From: Botryllus schlosseri
Taxonomy: Eukaryota
Length of the DNA stretch: 64,000 nucleotides
NCBI GenBank assembly: GCA_051294905.1
Contig: CM119386.1
Coordinates: forward strand, 992,001 to 1,056,000
Reading direction: 5' to 3'
Shown: piece after piece, positions 11,701-23,100 of the stretch
How positions within the stretch are numbered: position 1 is the first letter of the stretch
Layout: every line of letters begins with the position of its first letter
Made by a program: the position numbers and the translations under genes
The notes under the pieces: model-generated
The model's database searches: none
What the model was told of the DNA's origin: nothing
Seen by the model: the letters and a program-made list of their open reading frames with translations, nothing else

Positions 11701-14700
11701 AATGGATTTTGAGAATACGCAACTGAAACTACAACTACAACTACTTACTTTTCAAAACTCGCAACTACGACTTAGACTATATAACTAACGACGTTTAAAA
11801 TACGGAACCAACCAACTAAAACACAACTAACATCGTTTGATAATATGAATTACTGCACTGCAATTCAGAAGAAAAATTGGAGACAGAATCGGCATTTCAA
11901 AAGGACACGCTTCCTGTCGCCCCGCCACTCTTAGCGATGTTTACTCTGAGCTAGCAATGGCTGCAAGGGCACCACCCTACATAACCGCAGACTTGTCAAC
12001 CATTTCGCAGTTTCACATTTCACAGGGAACGAAGCTGTTTCAATGTCTTGGCCGCTACGTATAATCAGCGCATTTTGGTGGTTTTTCGCACTCGTCGTAG
12101 CACTGACTTACGCCGCGAATCTGACAGCCGTCATGACGTTTTCGCGCATGTCCGCGCAATTTCGAAATCTCGAAGACTTGCTCGATGCAAAGGGATTCGA
12201 AATTGGAACGGTGGTCAACAGTACGATATACAATGCGATCAAGGTATCTTGAGTTGGACAATCAGAAAGTTTTCAGCTTTTTCCAAATTCTAACAGTATT
12301 AGAATGATAGAAAAACAGTTTTTTTCAAATTAGATTACTGAATTTGCAAAACAAAAATCAGGTTCCGTCCACATCAAATCAGAGTCGATTCCTATAATCC
12401 TGAGAATCGGCGAAAAATCAATTGTTATAAATCCACTATCTTTTTTTAGCGAAGGGGCTTGAATGCGTTGGACCAAATGTCAATTTACTACAAGCTTTGG
12501 AAAGCAATTAGCTCAAGCACTACTGTCATCACGAGCGTCGAAAACGGTCTCCGATTGGCGAATGATGGGAAGTTTGCGTTCTTATGGGACGCATCAATAC
12601 TCGGTATGACTCTGGTGTTTAGTTATCGCTTACTGTCCACGCAGATCTATATTGTCATATCAGACCTATATCAGCACAATAATATTTTATATTTCGGTGT
12701 ATATAAGATATTTATGCATATGCATATATGGTTATCAACTGCTGGGTGAACCACCACTATAATATAATCGATACTACTATACGTATATACTCCCCAACAT
12801 CGAAAATCATTTTCCTCCAGCTTTTCCCTGTCTGTGCAAAATTCAAGCACGCATATTGGTGTCAGTATACGGAACAACTCAACGTCTGATCTCCGTATAA
12901 TTTACCTTCTTGTGAGTTCAAAACACAATGTTTTGACTGTTGATTCACAAGAATAAGTCAAGGTATATACGGTCAGCGATTATCATATTCGCGTCACAAC
13001 TCACAAGTGTTCTGTATTCGTGATCAAGCAGTCAAACACCAATCTACCAGCAGAGAATTAAACTGCTATCATGTCCCTGCATTTTTGTTTAGATTATAAG
13101 ATGCAAAACTCTCCGTACTGCGACTTGATGACCGTAAAAGGAAATCTTAACTTTGGCGGCTACGGGATAGCTTTGCCGCAAAGAAGCGCTCTTGTAGGCG
13201 ATTTTAACAACGCGTAAGGAGCGGTGATGAATTGTATGTGAGGCATCAAACTGAAGTCTCCCCTCTTTCAAGAATTATTGACATGAGTGAGTCCGGAGAG
13301 ATGGCCAGACTTATTTCAAAGTGGTGGCAGAATTCCGGATATTGCCAGTCTTTCAATGCTGACCGAACGACAGCTCTAACATTGCAGGTAGCCTATATTG
13401 AAACGGAATTTATGTCTCAAAGTCTCAGGTTAACTGAAACTAGAATGTGAACATCACGGATGGACGATGAGCATGTGGAGGTGAATATTGTAGAGATTGT
13501 TGGTTAGGGGCAGAGGTGGTCAGTAACGAAGTACTTCTACTTTTTGAAGTACTTGAAGTAGATTTCGCCTACTCACACTACTTTTTAATTAGTTATGATT
13601 TTAGACTACTTCTACTTCTACTTGACAGTTTTCAGTTTCCTAAACAAAAATAAGCGTAGAATACCTACTTACTTGCTTGTGAACCACCACTCCTACTTCT
13701 ACTTCAGTAGAAATTTCGGCGTTACTTCTACTTCTACTTGAGTAGCGACGGTGACTACTTTGACCACCTCTGGTTAGGAGTCACCATATTTTGGAATCAG
13801 GAAAGGAGAAAACTTTTTCAAAATCATAAAAGTTAGTGCATGCACCTAAACTGAAAAGAGCTGATTTTGATATATTTACTGTAAATTTGTTGTGTTGACG
13901 GATAAAAAGGTCGTCACATTTACTCGACTCCCGAATGACCCGATTGAACGTTCGTATTACCTATTTAACGTCATTTGTGCCGATTTTCAGTGGACGCTTT
14001 TCGTAACCTAGCTCTAAAACCTGTAAAGATGTACGAATTGCCAAAAAGAAGGACATTTAGGCGTCCTCGGAGGCATTTTCAAGTTCCTCGAAAAGGAGGA
14101 CAAATCCTCCATGAATAACGTATGGTAACCCTATTGTTGGTATAATAGGCTATACTAAAGTTTAGTGGTTCCCAAACTCTTACTCTCCATTCCCCGCCTC
14201 TGATTTCCCCACAACCTAAAATCCCTCTATCAATCCTTAAAGAATGCTTTCCTCAATAAAATTTGGTAGTACCGTACGTTACTTAGTAAGGACATTCTAT
14301 TGGCGCAAGTTAAGGGGCCGTGTAGAGAAAACCCATGATGATGGCAGTTGCGGATAAGTTTTCTGAACAAATCTATGTCCGAGGTCGAGTTAACTATGAT
14401 CATATTTTCTTTTGACTACGTTTTATCGAACCTTAAGTTCACCAGATTGATATCACGGATGTCACGGACAAGTTATTTGCTTATTTGAGTGCACCCAATA
14501 TCCCTGGGACGTCTGGCAGTAGACTTAAACGATGGATTTTATTGCTACATAAAACTTCCACCCAAATCCTCCTAAGTTTTATTGCATGTCATGCTGCACG
14601 TGCTAAACGTGTTTGTGATCCCATTGTTTTGTTATAGTTATCTAGAATTTCAAATGAGTTTTTGTGAGCAACACGCAATAAAATTAGCGACGCAGAAGTA

Positions 14701-17161
14701 TATAGAGTACTTTGCTACTAATAATAGAGTTCTCTAAATAAGTAGAATTACCGCGTTACTGCGTGACCACCTCAGTGAAAATGCCACAATGTTACCAATC
14801 CAGGTTTGCTTATATGTTTTGTTGCAGGACTTCGCAGGCATATTTTGCATTTTAGCAGCGGGCGTGCTGCTCGCATCGATTGCATCTGCGGTCGAATTTT
14901 TTTACAGCGTTGCTAGAGGTAGGAGAGAGAAAAATCCACGTCGAGGGGCCCCCGATGATGATGTAAGCAGGATTAGATTTCGTGTTGGAAATGACTGGTT
15001 CAATCGGTAATACTTCTTTCTTTCTTCCTTATAGCCAAGAAGTCGGCCGTTGTTGATTAAGACGAAACAAGAATCTCACGACGAAGATATTTTGGTTGTT
15101 TTGAAAAGGGATGACATTCTGAAGTACCTGCAAAATCAGGATAAGCTTGAAAGGTCAGATGACATACTGCGTAACATTGATGTGTAATGAGGTTCATGGC
15201 TGGTGAGGCACTGACCTCTTTTAAGTCAGATTTGTAAATATAAACCGATGAGTTTAGCTGATTCTGTTTGCAGCTTCTTTTTATCCCATTAACACAGTAC
15301 TAAATCTGTAAGGGAATGTATTTGCTCTGCATTACATGTTGGTTCATGCTACATACGATTCATACTGCATCGTCGGTTCGTGAATTCGATGGCGCGTTGT
15401 TTGTCTGCTCTGCTGTTGTCGGATTGTTAGCCACTAGTCAGTGAGGCAGATTGATATGTGCCTCACCTGATTATTTTTTTTCTCTTCGCTGTACGCAACA
15501 CTGCCGAATTTCGCGTTCCTTGGTGATTTTGAGGGGGTTCCAGTGCACTGACATTATCTATATTTGAATTTTCGGAATGAACGCGACAGTAGCATTCAAA
15601 AAATAGCAGGAATTCGAAATTCTGAGCTGTTTTCGATGAATTGCTCACCTTTCCTTTCGCGTCATATTTTCGAACAATAAGTATGCAAATTTCTTGCGCA
15701 GCCACACACGGGCTGTGGAGATCAAAGAGATTGGCCGCGACACGAAAGTAAACGAACATCTCCCACAAGAAGACAGTACGGAAGTACGCAATGAAATAGC
15801 TTCAACAAGTAGGTAAATTGATATCATTATTTGCGAGGCATATTCACCCGAACAAGGTGTTCCGTTGTATCGACTGGAAGTGTCTCCATATCTTATTACT
15901 GTAGGCTGTAGTTATCGCAGTTTTGTGGTGTTTTGAAACGATGAAAATATTAATAAAACTGACTGATTGATTGATGTATAAAATGTGTGGCAGTCCCACC
16001 ATGATCTTCAGCACAGTCTTGTTGCTGACGCAGAATGCCTGATACGATTCAGGCCCTCGAATGTGGCACAACAGCTAAAGTGTTGAGCAACTAGAAAATT
16101 TTCAGCTTTTCCCAGTTATACTAAAATTAGAATTATAGATACAGAGTTATTTTTTTCAAATTAGGTTATCAAAAAAAAACCTAAAATTAAATTACATCCT
16201 AATTAGGAATAAATGCAACAAAAATCAAGCTCAGTTCGTATCAAACGGAGATGATCCTCATAAGCACGAGAATGGCAAATGTCTGTACATCAAGCTTTGC
16301 TCGTTTCGCACTATACAGTTCTGCTGTAGCAATCAATTTTATTAGACAAGATTATCTATAGTTGGGCATAGCTTGCTGTCTATCCACGGCCGAAGTGATC
16401 CCATTCCAATTCAAATCATTTTCAGGCGAGAATCAAGCGCTGGTGACTTCAGAGGAATCTGCTTGACCAGAAACAAGGAAATCACAGCCTGTAGGACAAT
16501 ACCCGAACACGTGTCTTTGAATCATCAAGCGATACTTACAAATAATGATAATGACAAATACTCTATGCCTGACTTAACGTCACAATATCCAAGATACGAT
16601 ACATCCGCTAGTCGACTGGGAATTTTTAAAAACTGTAGCAGCAAAACTGGTTCTACCGTAACACTGCCTGTAGCATTTCGTTTGTCTGAGGATGATACGA
16701 AGCCTGGCTGGCGACAGAGATCGCTCATTCAAAGCCCAGCGATGCATTCTATGTCATCACAATACTCTTGTCGTTCACAAAGTTCTTCAAAATGCCGTTC
16801 CGAGGCTTGCCGTTGGTGCCCTACAAGAACAAATGAACAATATTTGCTTACAGCACGCAGTTCTGTCGACGAAGCTGATGGTTGCCAAGTTTTGACTTGT
16901 AATGATCAAAAACACGTACAGTATTCGCGCCATTTCGAGAAATCCGCCACTGATACGTTTCCCAGGCGTATTTCCTCGATTAAAACCGAAGATCAATCGT
17001 TCGGAACATGGTCAGGGCGTAACCAGACACTTCCCACTGTAAGATCGCAAGGCTTGTCGAAAGGTCGCCATATATACACTGCGAGCACAATCAGCACACC
17101 CACGCGACCCGCAATTCGTTCGCAGAGATACAACCCTATCCTCAAGAAGACCGCCGTTTAA
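2714..17161 (+). CDS. GRID: Ionotropic glutamate receptor, delta (GluD/GRID)-like; ATD-S1-M1-M2-M3-S2-M4-long C-tail; first (signal peptide) exon not resolved
   Basis: Phase-consistent exons: 2714-2863, 3467-3576, 4057-4207, 7852-8099, 8322-8458, 9152-9302, 9410-9565, 9851-9958, 10048-10152, 10607-10789, 11157-11320, 11380-11437, 11551-11647, 12026-12243, 12450-12603, 13093-13213, 13273-13387, 14828-14962, 15035-15153, 15702-15812, 16426-17161 (about 1175 aa). GluD-type motifs: CNLAKMGMVALVTATSC, LYLFDG...WHSGAPLTC...WAGG, DSPFV, ADLAIGALSIT...DFTTRFMD, FDSSVWICI, GLNALDQMSIYYKLW, FAFLWDASILDY, GYGIAL, KWW..SGYC. The boundaries 8099/8322 and 9152 are the least certain. Confidence 0.88.
3787..4030 (+). 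mobile_element. tRNA-derived SINE (family S1)
   Basis: A-box TAGCGTAGTGG and B-box GGTTCGAGTC, followed by a body (TCTAGGCTCCTC...CCTAGAAGTGGACCGTG...ACAAGTCAG) shared with copies at about 39928-40160 and fragments at about 31060-31182 and 31689-31770. Confidence 0.75.
4254..5349. mobile_element. Non-autonomous hAT-like element family A, copy 1 (GluD intron)
   Basis: TIR TAGGGTTACCATA / TATGGCAACCCTA; 8-bp TSD TACTGCAT (4246-4253 and 5350-5357); collinear in reverse with the copy at 57181-60748. Confidence 0.92.
6800..7042. mobile_element. Small MITE-like foldback element
   Basis: GAAAAGGGTGTGTGTTCACACCC near 6802 is the near-perfect inverse of GGGTGTGAATACACACCTTTTC near 7020. Confidence 0.55.
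13505..14133. mobile_element. TAGGG-type hAT-like MITE, with a CAGAGGTGG-type MITE (13511-13772) inserted in its left TIR
   Basis: Outer TSD TTGTTGGT (13497-13504 and 14134-14141); outer right TIR CGTATGGTAACCCTA. Inner TIR CAGAGGTGGTCA / TGACCACCTCTG with TSD GTTAGGGG / GTTAGGAG and (CTACTT)n subterminal repeats. Confidence 0.85.
16088..16364 (+). repeat. High-copy 280-340 bp interspersed element with short inverted ends (CAACTAGA...TCTAGTTG)
   Basis: Shared core (TAGAAAATTTTCAGC, AATTAGAATTACTGAATT, CTCATAAGCACGAGAATGGCAAATGT, TTTCGCACTATACAG). Other copies near 3100-3360(-), 8200-8270(-), 9615-9770(-), 12260-12420, 17230-17496, 24000-24200(-), 35635-35910, 36497-36700, 41037-41376 and 62290-62590(-). 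Confidence 0.75.
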
Positions 17162-18529
17162 GATCCGATGCCTTTACGCCCCCCTTTCGTCGGACTAGAG
17201 TATTTTAATCTTGTTTGAATTGTAGCTGCACAGTTTGCTTTAATTAGATTGGAATTAGCCTACTGAATTCACTAAAAAACTTGGAAATTGATTTAAATTA
17301 CTAATTAAAAAGAAATTCAACAATAATCAAGCTTATTCTCATAAGCAGGAAAATTAAGAGTAGCAAATATATGTATACCGTTTCGCATGATACAGTCCTC
17401 CAATATCATCTGCAGGAAAACCAGAAATTAAATTAAAATTGAAGTCAGTCCACAGAAACATTTTACAATTTTATTTGAATTAGAATTATCCAGTTGTTCA
17501 AGTCTGTTTCACGCGACGAAGTATTTAGTGACTTTGGAATAACTTTGTTGAATGCAGCGATGTTTTTTAAAAATCATTTCCGTGTAATTTTGATTGTTTG
17601 AATATTTTGCATTTGTGTATGATTCTTCTTAACTACTTCTGGAAATAATATCTGGTCTTTACACCTTGTAGCAACACTACACCGATTGGTAGTTATAAAT
17701 GGTGCATATATATATATAGGCTATATACCAGCAGCCATCATTTCCTCGGTGGGAATGGCCTACATCGTGAATGAGTTTTCACGAAATTCCAAATGCAAAA
17801 CCATTGATATGTGTTTCCGATGCACTTTCCAAAAATCCCAAATGCGAAAGTATTGATCCTATGTTTCTGGTGCACTATCGAAAAATTCCACATGCGAAAT
17901 GATTGATCTTGCGTATTCGAGACACTATAGGCTGCGATAGGACCTACTTATGTCGGCCATACCGGAGTTCACGATTTTACAGTCAGTTATAACTGCGTAC
18001 ATCACGCTTCATCAGTGTTGAGATCGATTCGCTGCAAATTTTGACTCGTGTCTAGTCGAGTCATTAGAAATTCTCCATCGTTGTCGTTTGATTTGATGCG
18101 CGGATAAAGATGCAAATACATATAAGCTATAGAACGCACCAAACTTGTTAAATTGGGTGGCATGCCAAATCTAAACCACAATCAAAGTAATGTAGGTCAT
18201 TGGAAACAATTAAAAACTTTTATCCTTTGTAACTGAAAATAATATTGAAGGGAAACGTCGTAAAGTAATTATAATTGTAATTTCCAAGTATTAAGGAAAT
18301 TGTAATTCGCCTACTGTAGACCATGGACGGCACCCGCAATATTAATTGTCGTTCGGTCGTCGCTCGCGGAACAACGAAATGACTAATTGTTACATCTTGC
18401 TCAAATATATAACATATCAACGATTGAAATTTATCGCCAACACGGAATCAATCTAATAATAGTTGTTTTATAGTAAGGTATTGCTTGTAGTCTGCGCTGG
18501 ATGTTGTCCGACTACGGTGCGTGATAGAT

Positions 18530-18770
18530 CTATTTCACCTACCGACACATGCCACTTCATGTTTGTCGCTTCTCCTCTCTATGTTACATTCTTATTGCTT
18601 TTCGTTCTGTGAGCATCGACTCTTAATTTGCATGTTGTTTGCATGCCAAGGTGGGTGTTTGATTGCAAGACTATACAGCAAGTCGTTTTGACTCCTTGCT
18701 ATATTTTCATTTTATTCGCAGTGTTGTGGTGTTTTGAGCCGATGAAATTTTTAATAAATTGAACCGAACT
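18530..18770 (+). mobile_element. LINE (L2/Crack/CR1-like) 3' UTR fragment
   Basis: Motif CCAAGGTGGGTGTTTGATTGCAAGACT...AGTCG...AATAAATTGAA, shared with copies at about 24845-24980, 28970-29110, 51575-51705, 51895-52050(-) and 60915-61150(-). Confidence 0.65.
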
Positions 18771-18775
18771 TGTGT

Positions 18776-19370
18776 ATCATCATCATCATTGGTTTATTAG
18801 CAATTTTATCAGTTCAATACACCACAAAAAATGCGATACAATGAATAGACAGGAAGATGTCGAAGCGACTTGGATTTGTCAATGGAATCGGACACCCACC
18901 TTGGCCTAGGCGTAGTAAAGAAGAGGCATGCACACTGAATGAAAGTAAAGAATACAGTATAGAAAAAGAAAGCGACAAGAAATAGGGCGGCATGTCATGG
19001 GAAGCGAGATCGATAGGTCAGTCGTGGTCCGGTAATCTTGAGGATGGACTGTATTTATTTAGTAGTAATTGCTTGTATTTCGACTTGAATGTGGACATGC
19101 TCGTCGACTGTCGGATGGCCGGCGGGATACTGTTCCACACATCAGGTCCGGCATATTTGATGGAGCGATGATCTTTTCGGTCGATCATATGATATTTGGA
19201 CGACGTGGACGCGCGTGTGTTGTACTTGTGCGCTTTTGATTCAGAGGTAAAGAAGTCATTGAAATATTCGGGGCAACGACCGCAGTGAAACTGATACATA
19301 AACTTGGCGCTGAGCATAAGCTGGGAAAGTTTTATAGCATTGGTTTTTAACCTGGGGCATGTGTCCATAT
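18776..19370 (-). mobile_element. 5'-truncated LINE (L2/Crack/CR1-like): ORF2 C-terminus, 3' UTR and (GAT)n tail
   Basis: ORF 19018-19368 reads KFMYQFHCG..PEYFNDFF....HKYNTR....RSIKYAGPDVWNSIP..IRQSTSMSTFKSKYKQLLL, a typical post-RT C-terminus. It is followed by AATAAACCAATGATGATGAT on the minus strand. Confidence 0.85.
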
Positions 19371-20142
19371 GGGGTGGCGTAAGCTAATTTATATTTTTAT
19401 ATCCTATGTATCTTCAACTTCTTTCTTGTCGACGATTTCCGGAAGGTTGCTGAAGCATAATATCGCAGTGTCGAAGAACGTGCGGGTTACTTTCATTCCT
19501 GGTTTGGTTCATTCTATTTGTTAGAATCTGTTGTTGCTTTGGTTCCGAACATCGCACTGATTCGTCGGACGACTTAAGAAGTGGATGATAGACCATTTCT
19601 TTTCGAGTTCTTATTTACAATGTGGGAAATATCCCGACCAAGCCGCCAGCGCCAAAAAGGCTATAAAAACAAATTTCTCATAGACTGGAATTCTTAACCT
19701 TAGTATATATATGATATATAATAATATCTATAGACAAAAGACACAACTTTCTGTCACGTCATTTCGGCGAGTTTCAATGTAAGATATCCAGAAAATAAGA
19801 AGCACAATGAAACAATCATTTTATACAAAGCAACCGTTTTATTCAAACATCATTTTCGACTGTAGACGCGACATCTCACATTTATACACCACACGCTCAC
19901 AAACTTCATGATTTTTCACTATTACGTCATCAATTTCTTTCTGAACAGCAGACACCGACACCACGTTTTTTGGCAGGGGCTTGAAACAGATCGTGGCGCT
20001 GTATATAAGAATCAAATTCGCACTGTAAACCTTACATGAATGAAACGGTTTATGGAAACAAGTCGACATTCGTTCTGACAGTTACGAATTTATCGCCTTA
20101 TCGGTTGTGTATCACGAATTATTGCCGCGTTCCGTAAACGTC

Positions 20143-23100
20143 ATGTTTTTAAAAACCGTACCCTTCATCGTTGTGTTGCTGGGGTGTGGCTTCACGATTT
20201 GCAAGGGCACGGAAAGCGACGAGGACGATGATTCAGGTACACGATTACAGCCTTGAAAAACACTTCGAATCAGGCTATACTTTATGGTCCGATATGATTT
20301 CATTTTCAGCGCTCTACAGAATAATACAATCGCAAATTACGGAGATACAACAAAGTATCCAAGACAAGTCTGCAGGTTCGAATAACATAAGCTAAATAGC
20401 TATAACGTGTGAAATGATATACAAGTAGCGGCCTGTATGTAGTACCAATGATTAAGGCTAGGCTCAATCGAGCGCCAGAGTGATTCGATTATACGCATCG
20501 ACTTGGAGTCGAGCTGAGTTTCCAGTATCACCAATTATGACGTCGCAGCAGTATGAATGATGCTGAAATTTCAAATATGTAGGCTACCTTTTATGCGCCC
20601 ACAAAGAATATAATGCCAGTTCTTCATCACATTAAAGATTAGTATATTTTCAACCATACCTATTTTATTGCGCTGTGTGACAATGCTGTAACTTGATCAA
20701 GACTTCGCAGGTATATCCTTTTCACCAACGTAGCTTACGTGACTTTGTACTATGTGTGTTCCGTATGCTGCGATACAACCAATCGAGGCTTAAAGCCACA
20801 GTGTTAACTATAGCATCGGAACTATAATTCTCGTTGCTCTTAGCGGCGTGGAGAGTATCATTTCAGTACTCGAATCATTGTGCCCTCCCGTACGATGATA
20901 ATGCATAGGCTACGTACCTATAAGCTTACGCGGTTGCTTTGAATGCTTTCCCAAATTATTGAATACGAACTGGATTCATTCGTTGACCACTATTTTGCAG
21001 ACCTGTCATCTGTGGACGCTCGTCTTCTCGTAATTGAAGAGGCATTGAAAGGTGGGTAGTTGGTCGACCTTACGTCACGAGCACATGATTTGTTAATCCT
21101 ATTTGATATATTGATATTTTGCAACTACAGTCGAAGTCAAATCAGATTACTATTGAATGATCACTCAGTCAGTTATCATTTGAAAACACCACACGGTTGA
21201 GATATATTATGAAAAGATAGGATGGTATCGAAAAGACTTGGAACAAAGTCTTTTAATCAGAAGCCTATATCTCGGCCTGTAGACATGTACAAAAGGCACG
21301 CGGACACTGAATGAAAAAGTAAGAGAGAAAAATAGGAAGGACACCCGATGAAAAGGAATGTTCCAGGTGTACGAATAGGCGACATCGATGTGGCAGATCG
21401 TGGTTGGGTAATCATGAGGGCTGATTAATGTGGTAGTGTGGCGATGTATTTACTATAGTGGTCCGTGAACAACTGAACATGAACATATCAGAATGCGGCA
21501 TAATAGCATTCGGCTTAGATTTTGTGTTAGGGTTGAGTTGAGTATATGCTGGTTAGATTTAGGGTTGCGATATATCAGTGGCGGCTCGTGACAATATCGG
21601 GTGGTGGGGCAAGGGCTGCAAGCGACTTTTTATCAAGATGACGTCACAATGGCGTTTTCCAACGTAAACAAGTAACTTAATGATGGTACGGTAACATGAA
21701 TGTCCCGGCAACAGTGATTTTAACGTATGTGCCACGAAAGGTCCGACAGTCAGCTGTGACTTGAAGTGTGGTAACTGCGTAAACGGCGTACGGAACAAAG
21801 ATTCAACACGGTTCATGTTCGCACTAGGCCTGACTAATTATCTGCAGAAATGGAAATGACTATTCCTCGAGAGATAGCGTAAGCCTAATTGGAAAGGTCA
21901 ACGAGTTCGGACAGATACGCAATTGTTATCTCATAGATTGGGCCTGTCATATTGAATCCAAATCATCATTCTGAAGAACTAAGAATAGCAGCCTTGGAAC
22001 TTCGGTCTCGGTACAGCATAGGAGATTTTGGCCTTGAAACTGGAGACTGTAACACGACACATACGGCTTTATTACTGTCTATAGGTCTGCTGCGAAATCG
22101 CCTTTGGAAAATATATTACCGAATAAATACGTGGATGAAAGCCTTAAACTTAGTACACTGTTACATGACATCATCGAGAAGTGGCCTCATGGCCCTTTTC
22201 GGTATGGTACACTGTCAAAATTAATGCGAACAGACCAACACCGAATTTTGCGTAAAATTTACTGAGGAATAGGCTGATCAAGTGATCAGCTGTTAGCCGC
22301 CATCGAAAACGAAATAGCTATCGCGCTTGACAGGGGGTTGTAAGCAAATGGCTTGAACGCCACAATTTCTCGGTGAAATTGACATTGGAGAATATAATAT
22401 CAAAGTAAATATTTGAATGCAAACTGAGAATGATATCATCATCTCAGTTAACGTTACCGCAGATACACCGGCTTTTGCGTGAAATCCGCAATGCGTTGTA
22501 GGCTAAAGTGTCAGATCGGAGCACATCTCTACCACACTCGACCTTGAAAACGTAATTACTGCCCTAATCATTGAGTGTCAACCTTGAGACTTGGCACAGC
22601 GTTCGATACTAAAATCAAGACATACCGTGCGAAAGCTTATGACGGATCTAGGAAAGGAGCATCGTTAAAATCAATAGAGACCAATACCGGCTTTGCGTAT
22701 AATCTGTTAGCGATAAATGATGAGTCAGCTCTCACTCGAATTAGGAAACGAAATTACTATTAACACAGTTCAGTGACAAACTTAAAACTTGGTACAGCGT
22801 TCGATACTAACATTAAGACTTACCGTGCCAAATGTCATAACCGATCTCAGTATTGTACATCGTCCAAATCAATGCATACCAATACTGGCTTTTGAGTAAA
22901 ATCTGTTTGCGATACATGACGGATCAGCACACACTCAAGTTCGGAAACGGAATTACTACCCTAAACGTTAAGCAGAAACCCTGAAACTTGGGGCAGTGTT
23001 AAATACCACAATCACGACATGACATACCAAATTTCAAGAGTTTTCATGGTGTGAAACACCATCAAAATCGACCTATACCTGCAAAGGTCGACTAAACGCA

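Noticed and set aside
15463-15768. 101-aa minus-strand ORF with Cys/His residues
   Set aside because: It is antisense to a phase-compatible GluD tail exon (15702-15812) and has no recognisable domain.
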